The notes under the pieces are model-generated. The model searched no databases. It worked only from the letters and a program-made list of their open reading frames with translations, and had not been told where the DNA came from. Source: an uncultured Actinomycetes bacterium (GTDB taxonomy: Bacteria > Actinomycetota > Actinomycetes > Streptosporangiales > Streptosporangiaceae). From it: a stretch of 64,000 bases of DNA. The position numbers and the translations under genes are program-made. This document shows, piece by piece, positions 50,708-59,400 of the stretch. How positions within the stretch are numbered: the first letter of the stretch is position 1; each line of letters opens with the position of its first letter. The stretch lies in assembly GCA_963808315.1 (NCBI GenBank), contig CAWEFK010000012.1, forward strand, positions 16,274 to 80,273. The letters run 5' to 3'.

Positions 50708-51181
50708 ATGGCAGTCAACGAAGCCGCGATGCGGCGGCGCGCGCGCATCATGCGCGCGGTCAACGTGCCCATGCGGGCGGCGCTCACCCTGCCGTTCGCG
50801 ACGCCGCTCAGCGGGAACCTGATGCTCATCTCCTACACCGGCCGTAAGACCGGGAAGGCGTATCGGCAGCCGGTCAGCTACGTGCGCGACGGCGACGTGC
50901 TGCTCACCCCGGGCGGCGGCCGCTGGACGCTCAACCTGGCCGACGGGCGGCCGGCCCGGATCCGGCTGCGCGGCCGCGACACGTCCGCTCGGCCGGAACT
51001 GGTGACCGATCCCGCCGAGCTCGAGCGACTGCTCGGCGTGATCACCGGCAAGAACCCGCGGGCGGCCAGGTTCATCCCCATCCCGCGCCGTCCCGACGGG
51101 CGTCTGGACCCCGACGCCCTCAGCGCCGCACGGCAACACGGCTTCTGCATCGTGCGCTGGCACCTTGCGGAGCAGGGGTGA
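50708..51181 (+). CDS. Deazaflavin (F420)-dependent nitroreductase-family protein (DUF385 type)
   Basis: LMLISYTGRKTGKAYRQPVSYVRDGDVLLTPGGGRW fits the split-barrel DUF385 pattern. Confidence 0.75.
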   Translation: MAVNEAAMRRRARIMRAVNVPMRAALTLPFATPLSGNLMLISYTGRKTGKAYRQPVSYVRDGDVLLTPGGGRWTLNLADGRPARIRLRGRDTSARPELVTDPAELERLLGVITGKNPRAARFIPIPRRPDGRLDPDALSAARQHGFCIVRWHLAEQG

Positions 51182-51215
51182 CGCGCGAAGATCGCGGCGG
51201 GAGCAGAATTTCAGG

Positions 51216-52076
51216 ATGGCAAGCGAGGTGGTGTGGTGGCCAGGTGGGCCGGAGGCCGGCCGCGAGACGCTGACCACGGCCGGCCGCGAGCGGGTGGCCG
51301 TGGCCGTGGTCAGCGTCTCCTTCAACACCCGGGAACTCACCGGGTTCTTGCTGTGGTCGTTGCGCCGGATCGTGGACTGGCCGCGCCTGGAGATCGTGAT
51401 CGTGGACAACGGATCGCGAGATGGGTCGGCGGAACTGCTGGCCGAGGCCGGCCAGGCCGGAGTCTGCGCGCTGCTCGCCAACGACGTCAATCGCCAGCAC
51501 GGCCCGGGCCTGAATCAGGGCATCTCCTGGCTGGCCTCCCGGCCGGGTCCGCTCCCGGCCTGGATCTGGGTCCTGGATTCCGATGTCGTCGCCGCACGGC
51601 CTGACGTACTGTCCGCCGCCCTGGCGCTCGCGCGGGACGATGGCGCGGCCGTGGTCGGAGAGCCGCAGTGGGATCCATGGCATCAGGTCGAGCGATGTGA
51701 GCTTTACTCGCTGCTCCTGAACCCGGCCTGCGTCTGGCGGCCCGGAATCGGGCCGTTCACCGACGACGGTGATCCGTCGTTTGACCTGCTCAGCTCGGCC
51801 GCACGCTCCGGCCTGCGGGTGGCGGCCTTCCCGTTCACCGCGGACGGCCATGTGATTCACCGGGGCCGGGGCAGCCTGGCCGCGGTCTACGAGGCCGGCG
51901 ACCGCTCTCACCCGCTCTATGACTGGGCCATCGGGCACCATGACGCGCATTTCGGCGCGGTTCCTGGCGCTGACCGCCGATACCGGGCTCTCCTGCGGGC
52001 ATTCCGCCAGGAGACCGGCACACTTACCGGAACGTCCCTGGCCGCCGCGTGCGGATATCCGATCAAGCATCCGTAG
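51216..52076 (+). CDS. Family 2 glycosyltransferase
   Basis: ATG 51216 within track ORF 51165..52076. VAVAVVSVSFNTRELT...EIVIVDNGSRDGS...WVLDSD. Confidence 0.85.
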   Translation: MASEVVWWPGGPEAGRETLTTAGRERVAVAVVSVSFNTRELTGFLLWSLRRIVDWPRLEIVIVDNGSRDGSAELLAEAGQAGVCALLANDVNRQHGPGLNQGISWLASRPGPLPAWIWVLDSDVVAARPDVLSAALALARDDGAAVVGEPQWDPWHQVERCELYSLLLNPACVWRPGIGPFTDDGDPSFDLLSSAARSGLRVAAFPFTADGHVIHRGRGSLAAVYEAGDRSHPLYDWAIGHHDAHFGAVPGADRRYRALLRAFRQETGTLTGTSLAAACGYPIKHP

Positions 52077-52193
52077 CATATTTAACTGGTCAGGTTTCTT
52101 TCGTCCCGTGGCGCTGGTCGCCGTGCCGTGAGCCGACCCGGCCAACCCCCGCCCGCCGGACAAACGCGCCAATTCGTCCAGGCATTCGAAATT

Positions 52194-52239
52194 ATTGTGG
52201 ATACTTGCTTGCCCTATGAGGGTAGTAGCGATCCACAAT
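52194..52239. other. 9-bp perfect inverted repeat ATTGTGGAT / ATCCACAAT with a 28-nt loop
   Basis: Read directly. It lies in the 0.5-kb non-coding gap after the GT2 gene, immediately before the G-rich repeat. Confidence 0.6.
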
Positions 52240-52246
52240 CAGAGCG

Positions 52247-52302
52247 GGGACCGGGCGGGGCGGGCGGGGGCGGGCGGGGCGGGGGCGGGCGGGGGCGGGC
52301 GG
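52247..52302 (+). repeat. G-rich tandem repeat (GGGGCGGGC-like units); G-quadruplex-capable on the plus strand
   Basis: GGGGACCGGGCGGGGCGGGCGGGGGCGGGCGGGGCGGGGGCGGGCGGGGGCGGGCGG contains at least 10 consecutive G3-5 runs separated by single C. Confidence 0.85.
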
Positions 52303-52573
52303 TTGAGATAGCTGGGGCACGCGAGGCCAGCGGTAATCGACGTGGACCCGACGGACATGTGTTATCGCCGGTTAGGCACGGGTTCCGGACTGCCCGTGGA
52401 GGTTGTCTTCGTGCGGGGATGACCCTCCTTTGGCGTGCCCGGGGCTGGTGCTTCCTTCGGTGAAGATCTGCTTTCGGATCAGACCTAGCCATGCCGCCAT
52501 CCCGTCATCGGCGGGATGGCGCGGCTAAGCTCCGGGGCCACCACCGCGGGGTCGCGGTCGCTGATGAGGGCAG

Positions 52574-52852
52574 TTAGCTGGCGTTTCCGGGGTAGCTGGC
52601 CCGGATGGTGCCGTGGTTCCTCGCGACCTGGGCGGCCTGGGCTTCGGTGAGCACGCAGGTGGCCACGCCGCGGGTGCTTGTGTCCCTGGTGCACAGGCGG
52701 GTGTGCCCGGTGGTGAAGGATACGGGCTGGCCGCCGAGCGGGTGGCCGTCGACGGTCAGGGTCAGGGTCAGGGTCAGGCGCGGGCTGACGCCGATACTGG
52801 CGGTCAGCAGCCGGGGCGTGGTGGCGGGGGGCGTTAGTGCGCGGCGGGCGGC
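52574..52852 (-). pseudogene. Possible C-terminal fragment of a bacterial Ig-like-domain secreted protein (no start codon)
   Basis: The minus-strand frame reads LTLTLTLTVDGHPLGGQPVSFTTGHTRLCTRDTSTRGVATCVLTEAQAAQVARNHGTIRASYPGNAS-stop. It contains (GGTCAG)4 at 52754-77. It begins directly after, and in frame with, the methyltransferase stop codon. Confidence 0.3.
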
Positions 52853-53590
52853 TTAGCCTACTTGGTGGGTGCGCCGGGCGATGAAGACGAATTCGCGGCC
52901 AGGGCGGTCGGGCGCGTCCCGGACGTCCTCGACGACGAACCCCGCGGCCAGCAGCGAGTCGGTGACCTGGTCCCGGCCGCGGAAGCGCAAGGTCGAATCC
53001 GACGTCAGCACGGCGCCGTCCCGCGCGAAGACGAACGTGGCGCGGAAAGATACGAGCTCGTCCCGCACGTCGGTGAGCTCCGTCCAGGCCTCGACGATCC
53101 CGACGTCAGGAATGTCGGTGCGAGAGTAGGTGTGCTCGCGATCCCAGGTCCGCCACGCCTGCCTTTCCGGGTCTCGCGTTTCGAACACGAGATGCCCGTC
53201 CGGGCGCAGGGCGGTCCGCACCCCGCGCAACGTCGATGCCCATTCCTCATCGGTCAGGAAGACCTGGGCGACATTCGCCGTCATGGTCGCCACGTCCGCC
53301 TGCAGCGGAGGCAGCCCGGTGGCGTCACCGTGGACCCACCGCACCCGGTCCGCGTCCGGCTTGGCCCGCGCTACCTCGAGGGAGGCAGCCGCGGGGTCGA
53401 CCCCGACCACCTCGATCCCCCGGGCCGCGAGCAGGCAGGCAAACGTCCCCGTCCCGCAGCCGACGTCGAGGACCGTCCGCGCCCCGAACGCCTCGACCAG
53501 CGCGGCGTACACCTCAAGGTCGCTGCGGTCCGGGTCCAGCGGGTCGTAGATCTCCGCCAGCCGCGGCCGCTCGAAGTGCGCATCAGCCAC
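52853..53590 (-). CDS. Class I SAM-dependent methyltransferase
   Basis: VLDVGCGTGTFACLLAARGIEVVGVD. Confidence 0.9.
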   Translation of the reverse strand: MADAHFERPRLAEIYDPLDPDRSDLEVYAALVEAFGARTVLDVGCGTGTFACLLAARGIEVVGVDPAAASLEVARAKPDADRVRWVHGDATGLPPLQADVATMTANVAQVFLTDEEWASTLRGVRTALRPDGHLVFETRDPERQAWRTWDREHTYSRTDIPDVGIVEAWTELTDVRDELVSFRATFVFARDGAVLTSDSTLRFRGRDQVTDSLLAAGFVVEDVRDAPDRPGREFVFIARRTHQVG

Positions 53591-54164
53591 GGCCGTACCC
53601 GGCCTCGAACGCCCAGGCGGGATAGCTGTTGCGCAGCAGGTCCAGGTGGCCCTCCCACGCGGGCGAGCCGAGCACCGTCGGCGGGAGGAAGGAAATGTCC
53701 GGACCGGTGACGGTGAACCCCCAGCGAAACCCGGCGACCGCCTGGACCACCGGGGTCACCACGGCATCGGGCGCGACACACAGAAAGGCGTGAGCTTCCC
53801 AGTCCATGTCGTACCGGTCCCCGCGCGACGGTGCGTCGAAGAATTCGGGCTTGAGGCCGTACCACGCGTAAGGAGTGGGGATATCACGGTAGATGGCAAT
53901 CGGGTCCATCTCAAAGCCGGTGCCGTCACTATCAGACGAACGGACCAGCTGCGTCCAGCCGAAAATCGCCGCGTAACCGTCGGCCGGATACGTCACGGTG
54001 GCGCGGCAGACCGGGAAATCCCGCGCGAAATCGACGGGCTCACCCTCGCTGAGCAGCAAGTAGCCGAGCGAAGCGGGATCGGTGTTACGGCTGAGCGACA
54101 CATCGACGTACCCGTCGAGTCCGCGCAGGGAGAAGGGGATGCGGGTAGCGGAAATCATCGGCAT
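53583..54164 (-). CDS. Conserved-looking hypothetical protein (193 aa), family not recognised
   Basis: Coherent composition with Trp/Tyr/Phe-rich motifs (YAWYGLKPEFFDAPS, GFRWGFTV). Its 3' end overlaps the methyltransferase start by 8 nt. Confidence 0.65.
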   Translation of the reverse strand: MPMISATRIPFSLRGLDGYVDVSLSRNTDPASLGYLLLSEGEPVDFARDFPVCRATVTYPADGYAAIFGWTQLVRSSDSDGTGFEMDPIAIYRDIPTPYAWYGLKPEFFDAPSRGDRYDMDWEAHAFLCVAPDAVVTPVVQAVAGFRWGFTVTGPDISFLPPTVLGSPAWEGHLDLLRNSYPAWAFEAGYGRG

Positions 54165-54367
54165 GGTCCTTGGGGTCGCAGGCGTCGGGTCTGGCCACTT
54201 TCAGCGAAACCCCTCTCGCATAACGTAATGTCGGGAGTCTCATACGGGTAACTCGTTCTCGCGGCGAAGGCCTGATCCCGCCACAGCGGGATAGGTGGCC
54301 TGGACGTGGTACCGAATTCCGTTCGGAAAAAGTCTGGTGATCTTTGGCCGCGACCTGGAGAACGATC

Positions 54368-55078
54368 ATGGCGAGCAGTACCCCGCCCGAACAGGCGCCG
54401 CTGGAGATCATCCGCATGAGCACCATGCTCCGCCCGGTGGCCCTGCTCCCTGAAATCCGGCTGCACCAGGCCAGCGAGCCGATCGGGGTGTGGCAGCGCA
54501 CCGAGCTGGCGGCCGGACGGAGCGACCTGGACCCGCCGTTCTGGGCCTTCGCCTGGGCGGGTGGCCAGGGGCTGGCCCGGTACCTGCTTGACCACCCGGA
54601 GGTGGTCAGGGACCGGCCGGTGATCGACCTCGCCTCCGGCTCCGGGCTGGTAGCCATCGCGGCGGCCAGAGCGGGCGCGGCGGTCGTGACGGCCTATGAC
54701 ATCGATCCGCTCGCGGTGGCCGCGGTGACGCTGAACGCCGAGGCCAACGGCGTCGCGGTCCGGGCCGTCCAGGCCGACATCCTGGACTCCGACGGCATCC
54801 TGGACTCCGGCGGGGACGGCACCGAGGTGATACTCGCGGCCGACGCCTTCTACGAACGCGAGCTGGCCAGCCGGATGACACGGTACCTGGAACGAGCCCA
54901 GGCCCGCGGCGCCGATGTCCTGGTGGGCGACTTCGGGCGGGCCTACCTGCCCCAGGACCGGCTGGTGCCGGTGGCGGGCTACGACGTTCCCGGGCTGAGC
55001 GCGCTGGAGGACCACGACATCAAGCACACCACCGTCTGGACGCTGCGCGCCAAGGGACTGACCAGCGGCGGTGGCTAA
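54368..55078 (+). CDS. Class I methyltransferase (PrmA / small-MTase-like)
   Basis: ATG 54368 within track ORF 54344..55078. RPVIDLASGSGLVAIAAARAGAAVVTAYDIDPLAV. Confidence 0.85.
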   Translation: MASSTPPEQAPLEIIRMSTMLRPVALLPEIRLHQASEPIGVWQRTELAAGRSDLDPPFWAFAWAGGQGLARYLLDHPEVVRDRPVIDLASGSGLVAIAAARAGAAVVTAYDIDPLAVAAVTLNAEANGVAVRAVQADILDSDGILDSGGDGTEVILAADAFYERELASRMTRYLERAQARGADVLVGDFGRAYLPQDRLVPVAGYDVPGLSALEDHDIKHTTVWTLRAKGLTSGGG

Positions 55079-55092
55079 CCACGCATATTCTT

Positions 55093-55124
55093 GGCATTTC
55101 GTCTTCTGGGCATTTCGTCTTCTG
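55093..55124 (+). repeat. Perfect 16-bp tandem duplication GGCATTTCGTCTTCTG x2 abutting the RBS of the PYP-like gene
   Basis: Read directly. It is followed by GGAGG (55124-28) and GTG 55139. Confidence 0.9.
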
Positions 55125-55138
55125 GAGGCTGGCTGTCC

Positions 55139-55525
55139 GTGACACATAACGCCGCGAGCGTGCGTTGGGGGTTCGACGACCCCGGGCTGTTGGAGGCCCT
55201 GGAGGCGATTCCGCTCGACCGGATCGACGAGATCGGGTTCGGGCTGATCGTGATGAACCGCAGCGGCGAGGTGACCGGCTATAACGCCGCGGAATCGAGG
55301 TTGTCGCGCCTTCCCGCCGAGCGGGTCGTGGGCCGGAACTTCTTCGTGGAGGTCGGCCCGTGCACGAACAACTACCTGGTCGCGCAGCGTTTCCTGCACT
55401 GTGACGAGCTGGACGAGCAGCTCGACTACGTGTTCACGTTCCGGATGGCCCCGGCCCCGGTGCGGCTGCGGCTGCTGGCCCGGGCCTCCTCATCGCGCCA
55501 GTACCTGGCGGTCCGCTCCCGGTGA
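55139..55525 (+). CDS. pyp: Photoactive yellow protein (PYP)-like PAS-domain protein, 128 aa
   Basis: It aligns by eye over its full length with Halorhodospira PYP (125 aa): FGLIVMNRSGEVTGYNAAESRLSRLPAERVVGRNFFVEVGPCT vs [43 protein letters not shown]. Tyr42, Glu46 and Cys69 equivalents are present. The start is taken at GTG 55139 (track ORF starts at TTG 55091). Confidence 0.8.
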   Translation: MTHNAASVRWGFDDPGLLEALEAIPLDRIDEIGFGLIVMNRSGEVTGYNAAESRLSRLPAERVVGRNFFVEVGPCTNNYLVAQRFLHCDELDEQLDYVFTFRMAPAPVRLRLLARASSSRQYLAVRSR

Positions 55526-57330
55526 CCGACGATGCCTGGGCCGGGGGGCGGGACGACGCACAGGAGCTGCAGGATCTGCGTCAGTTCTTCTACCAGTGCC
55601 CGGTCGGGTTGTTCGAGATCGACGACGACGGTCTGGTCCTGAAGGTGAACCCCGCCGCGGTGGCCATGCTCGCCCCGGTGATCGGCGGCGGGAACCTGGC
55701 GGAGCTGTTTCCCGTCCTGGACCGGCTGGCGCCGCAGGTGAGCAAGGTCATCAGCCGCGACCGGAACCGGATGGGGCCGCTGGCGGCCGGGGAGCGGATC
55801 GTTGCTCCCGCCGACGTCCACGTCACGTCGTTCCTGGAGGTCCGCGCCGTGCGGGTCGCCGCCGGGCGGGTCATGGTGGTGCTCTTCGACGTGTCGGCGG
55901 AGGTCCGGCTGACGGCGGAGCGGGACCGGCTCTTCGCGGCGGAAAAGGCGGCTCACGCGGAGGCCGCCGCCGCCCGGGACCGGGCCGAAGCGGTCTCGGC
56001 GCAGGAGCGGGCGGCCCGGCTCAGGCTGCAGGCCCTGCAGGCGGTCACGGCCGGGCTGGCCACGGCGGCCACCTCCGAGCAGATCGCTGACGTGCTGACC
56101 AGGGAGGGCATGGGCCTGGTGGCCGATCACGGGGTCGTGGCCCTGCTCGACCCGGACGGGTCTTACCTGCTGACCCGGGCGACGAGTGACTTCCCTGTCA
56201 GCGTCGCGCTGGCCTACGCCCGGATCCCCGTCGCCCAGGCCGACAAGACACCGGTCGGGCGGGTCGCGCTGCACGGCCAGCGCATCATGATGGCCTCGGC
56301 GCAGGAGATCGCCGACCGGTGTCCCCTGGTCGCGGCCAGCCACGCGCTGACCGGGACCTCGAGCCTGCTGGCGGTCCCGGTCCGGGCGGCGGACCGTACC
56401 ATCGGGGCCCTGGGGTTCGGCTTCCGTGCGGCCGGGCCGGTCAGTGCCGATATCGTCCACGTGGCCGAGACGCTGGCCGAGCTCACCGGGCAGGCCCTGG
56501 CACGGGCCAGGCGGCACGAGGACGACCACGCCGTCGCCCACCGGCTGCAGCAGGCCCTGCTGCCGAAGGTTCCGGCCGAGCTGCCCGGAGTCGGGATCGG
56601 GGTCTGCTACCGGCCGGCCGGCCGCGGCCGCGATGTGGGCGGGGACTGGTACGACGCGTTCACGCTGCCCGCGGGGCGGATCGGGTTCGCGGTCGGCGAC
56701 GTGGTCGGCCACGACCTGGACGCGGCGGTGGCGATGGGTCACCTGCAGCAGCTGCTGCGCTACGTGGCCATGGGCGGAGCCCGCCCCGGCGAGGTGCTCC
56801 AGGCCCTCGACCAGGCCTGCCCGTCGGTCACCGGCACGGACTTCGCCACCCTCGGATACGCCGAGTACGACCCGGCCGCGTCCGTCATCACCTACGCGTG
56901 CGCCGGGCACCCGCCGCCGCTGCTGGCCGCCGGCGGCCATGTCACCTACCTCAACGACGGCCGGTCGGCCCCGCTCGGCTTCAAGGACGGCCCGCGACCC
57001 GAGGCCCGGCTGGCCGTGCCGCCCGGCGCGATGCTGGTCTGGTACTCCGACGGCCTGATCGAACGACGCGGAGAAGTCGTCGACCTGGGCCTGGACCGGC
57101 TCGCCGCCCTCGTCGCCGGCCTGGGCGCCGTCCTGGAGGCCGGCGTGGGCCCCGGCCTGGGCGGCGGCGTGGGCGCCGGCCTGGGCGCCGGCGTGGGCGG
57201 CGGCGACGCGCAGCGCTGGTGCGACGAGCTGATCACGGGTATGACCGCGGGCCAGCCCGTCAGCGACGACGTCGTGGTGGCCTGCCTGCACCTGCGGGGC
57301 GAGCAGGCTCCGATGGACCGCCGAGGATGA
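55522..57330 (+). CDS. PAS-coiled coil-GAF-PP2C (SpoIIE/RsbU-type) serine phosphatase
   Basis: 602 aa. Its GTG overlaps the PYP stop (GTGA). GGDWYDAF, GDVVGHD, YACAGHPPPLL and LVWYSDGLIE are SpoIIE/PP2C motifs. An N-terminal PAS-like segment and a GAF-like middle are present. A Gly/Ala/Val/Leu-rich repeat lies at about 57115-57205. Confidence 0.9.
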   Translation: MTDDAWAGGRDDAQELQDLRQFFYQCPVGLFEIDDDGLVLKVNPAAVAMLAPVIGGGNLAELFPVLDRLAPQVSKVISRDRNRMGPLAAGERIVAPADVHVTSFLEVRAVRVAAGRVMVVLFDVSAEVRLTAERDRLFAAEKAAHAEAAAARDRAEAVSAQERAARLRLQALQAVTAGLATAATSEQIADVLTREGMGLVADHGVVALLDPDGSYLLTRATSDFPVSVALAYARIPVAQADKTPVGRVALHGQRIMMASAQEIADRCPLVAASHALTGTSSLLAVPVRAADRTIGALGFGFRAAGPVSADIVHVAETLAELTGQALARARRHEDDHAVAHRLQQALLPKVPAELPGVGIGVCYRPAGRGRDVGGDWYDAFTLPAGRIGFAVGDVVGHDLDAAVAMGHLQQLLRYVAMGGARPGEVLQALDQACPSVTGTDFATLGYAEYDPAASVITYACAGHPPPLLAAGGHVTYLNDGRSAPLGFKDGPRPEARLAVPPGAMLVWYSDGLIERRGEVVDLGLDRLAALVAGLGAVLEAGVGPGLGGGVGAGLGAGVGGGDAQRWCDELITGMTAGQPVSDDVVVACLHLRGEQAPMDRRG

Positions 57331-58295
57331 GCCGTGTCGTGGTGATCGGAGCGACCGGACACATTGGTAGTTACCTGGTACCACGGCTGGTGCGCGGCGG
57401 CCACGAGGTGATCGCGATGAGCCGCGGGGCCCGTGATCCTTACCGCGCGAGCCCGGAGTGGGGCTCGGTGACGAGGGTCACGATCGACCGTGATGCGGAG
57501 GATGAGGCGGGGACGTTCGGGGCTCGGGTCGCCGCGCAGCGGGCCGATGTGGTGATCGACCTGATCTGCTTCACCGCCGCATCGGCGCGGCAACTCCTCG
57601 ACGCGCTGCGGCCAGCCCGCCCGCTGCTTGTGCACTGCGGAACGATCTGGGTGCACGGTCCCGCGCTGCGGGTGCCGGTAACCGAGGACGAGCCGCGCAC
57701 CGCCTTCGGCGAGTACGGCACGGGCAAGGCGGCGATCGAGGCCCTGCTGCACCGCGAGACGCTGGCGGGCGGGGTGCCAGCCATCGTGCTGCATCCGGGG
57801 CACATCAGCGGCCCGGGCTGGCCGGTCATCACGCCGGCCGGTAACCTGGACCCCGGTGTCTGGGCGTGCCTGGCGGCCGGCCGGGCGGTCGCGCTGCCCG
57901 ATCAGGGACTGGGCGTGCTACATCACGTGCACGCCGATGACGTGGCGCAGGCCTTCGAGCTGGCGCTGTCGCGGCCAGCGGCGGTCGGGGCCAGTTTCCA
58001 CGTGGTAGCCGAGCAGGCGATGACACTGCGCGGTCTGGCGGCCGGGGTGGCAGGGTGGTTCGGCCGGGAGCCTATGCTTGAGTTCGTCGACTGGGCCGAG
58101 TTCGAGCGGCGGGCCGGAGCCGAACACGCCGAGTCCACCCGCCAGCACACCGTTCGCAGTATTACCGCAAGTATCAGGCGCGGTCAAGATGTGCTTGGCT
58201 TCCGGCCGCGGTATAGCTCGCTCGACGCCTTGCACCAGGCGCTGACCTGGCTGGTCGCGGACGGGCAGGTCGACGTGGGCGGACAGTCTTTCTAG
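57327..58295 (+). CDS. NAD-dependent epimerase/dehydratase-family (extended SDR) protein
   Basis: ATG 57327 overlaps the phosphatase stop (ATGA). VVVIGATGHIGSYLVPRLV and YGTGKAA. Frame of track ORF 56319..58295. Confidence 0.88.
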   Translation: MSRVVVIGATGHIGSYLVPRLVRGGHEVIAMSRGARDPYRASPEWGSVTRVTIDRDAEDEAGTFGARVAAQRADVVIDLICFTAASARQLLDALRPARPLLVHCGTIWVHGPALRVPVTEDEPRTAFGEYGTGKAAIEALLHRETLAGGVPAIVLHPGHISGPGWPVITPAGNLDPGVWACLAAGRAVALPDQGLGVLHHVHADDVAQAFELALSRPAAVGASFHVVAEQAMTLRGLAAGVAGWFGREPMLEFVDWAEFERRAGAEHAESTRQHTVRSITASIRRGQDVLGFRPRYSSLDALHQALTWLVADGQVDVGGQSF

Positions 58296-58380
58296 GCGTT
58301 CCGGGCCGGGTGGTGGGTTTGCGGGCCGGGTGGTGGGGTTGCGGGCCGGTCTTGGGGTGGCGGGCCCGGTGTGGGCTCGA

Positions 58381-58486
58381 CGTGGGCACCCTCCGCGGTC
58401 CCGTGAACCCCACCCGCCCCATCCTGCACGCCCGTGCTGTCCCGCTCCCGCTTCCGAACCACACCGAAGGTCCATTGTCGTTGCCC
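58381..58486 (-). repeat. Dispersed short repeat, inverted copy of 43343..43440
   Basis: The reverse complement reads GGCAACGACAATGGACCTTCGGTGTGGTTCGGAAGCGGGAGCGGGACAGCACGGGCGTGCAGGATGGGGCGGGTGGGGTT. Adjacent (58300-58380) are GCGGGCCGGGTGGTGGG-type direct repeats. Confidence 0.7.
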
Positions 58487-59400
58487 AAGCACAATGCTAG
58501 GAATTTAAGGGAACTCGTGGGTGCCGAATTTCGAGGCTTTGCTGCTGGTCAGGATCCTCGCTGCGGGTTGGGCCAGCGCCGGAGGGCGGCGCGGGTGGCG
58601 GCCTGCTGTGGTATAGCGTCAGCCGCCGGCCGGTAAGGGCAACGCGAGCCCTTTACGTACTTTATGCCGGGATTTTGGGTGGCGGCATTCCGGCGCCCAT
58701 CATGATCGTGGCCAGTTCCGGTACTACGGCCGCGGCTGTTATTAACTTCGGGCGTGTCGCCGGTTCTCCCCTGCCCCGGGCCGGGCTGATCGCGAACCCG
58801 CGGGCGCGTTCTTCCCCGCCCGCAACGCGGAGAACACCAGCCGCTGGTTCGCCGCGCACGGCCCTGGCCGGGTCCGTCCGAGCCGGGGAACCGGGGCGCC
58901 CCGCTCCGCCGGGACGCGCTGACCGGCCCCTCACATCACAGCACACGCTTCCCCTCACTCGCGTACGGCGCCAGTTTCGGGGGAATGCGGCAGCGTACCG
59001 GTTCTTTGCGGGAGAAAGCCGCATCCACTGACTACGCGCCAGGCGGGAAGTGACCGCCCAGTGACCGCCAGGCCGCCCTGCTCCGCCCGGGCGGGCGAGC
59101 TGGCCCTTCCCGGCCCGGCACCGCCTGCCGCTGAAGCCGCCGGCACCGCAGGTGACCAGCCGCCGCCGCGTCCTCCTCGGGAAAGCCGTGGTCGCGCACC
59201 CGCTCATCCGCGACCGGCCCCACCACCGCGAACCTCGCCACCAGCACCGCCACGGCATCCTCAGCAACCGCCGCAGCACATCCTGACACGCCAAAACCGC
59301 AAACCACTACATAATGACCGACGCGGCCTATACGCCCGTTTCTGGCCATGATCATGAGGCAGGCAGAGCCGAGGGCGCTTCCTTAACTTCCTGGCATTGT

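Noticed and set aside
49368-52302. Whether the tandem repeats (GCCGCTAG array, G-rich array) could be CRISPR arrays
   Set aside because: The units are 8-10 nt long with no spacers, and there are no cas genes in the window. They are simple-sequence repeats.
54155-55399. 414-aa minus-strand ORF covering the methyltransferase and PYP genes
   Set aside because: It is a shadow ORF: the plus-strand genes have clear SAM-binding and PYP motifs.
55093-58295. Looked for chromophore-biosynthesis genes (tyrosine ammonia-lyase, 4-coumarate-CoA ligase) and partner-switching components (STAS, RsbW-like kinase, sigma factor) next to the PYP-PP2C operon
   Set aside because: None is present in this window, so the light-signalling pathway cannot be completed from the available sequence. 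This is recorded as an open gap rather than a feature.
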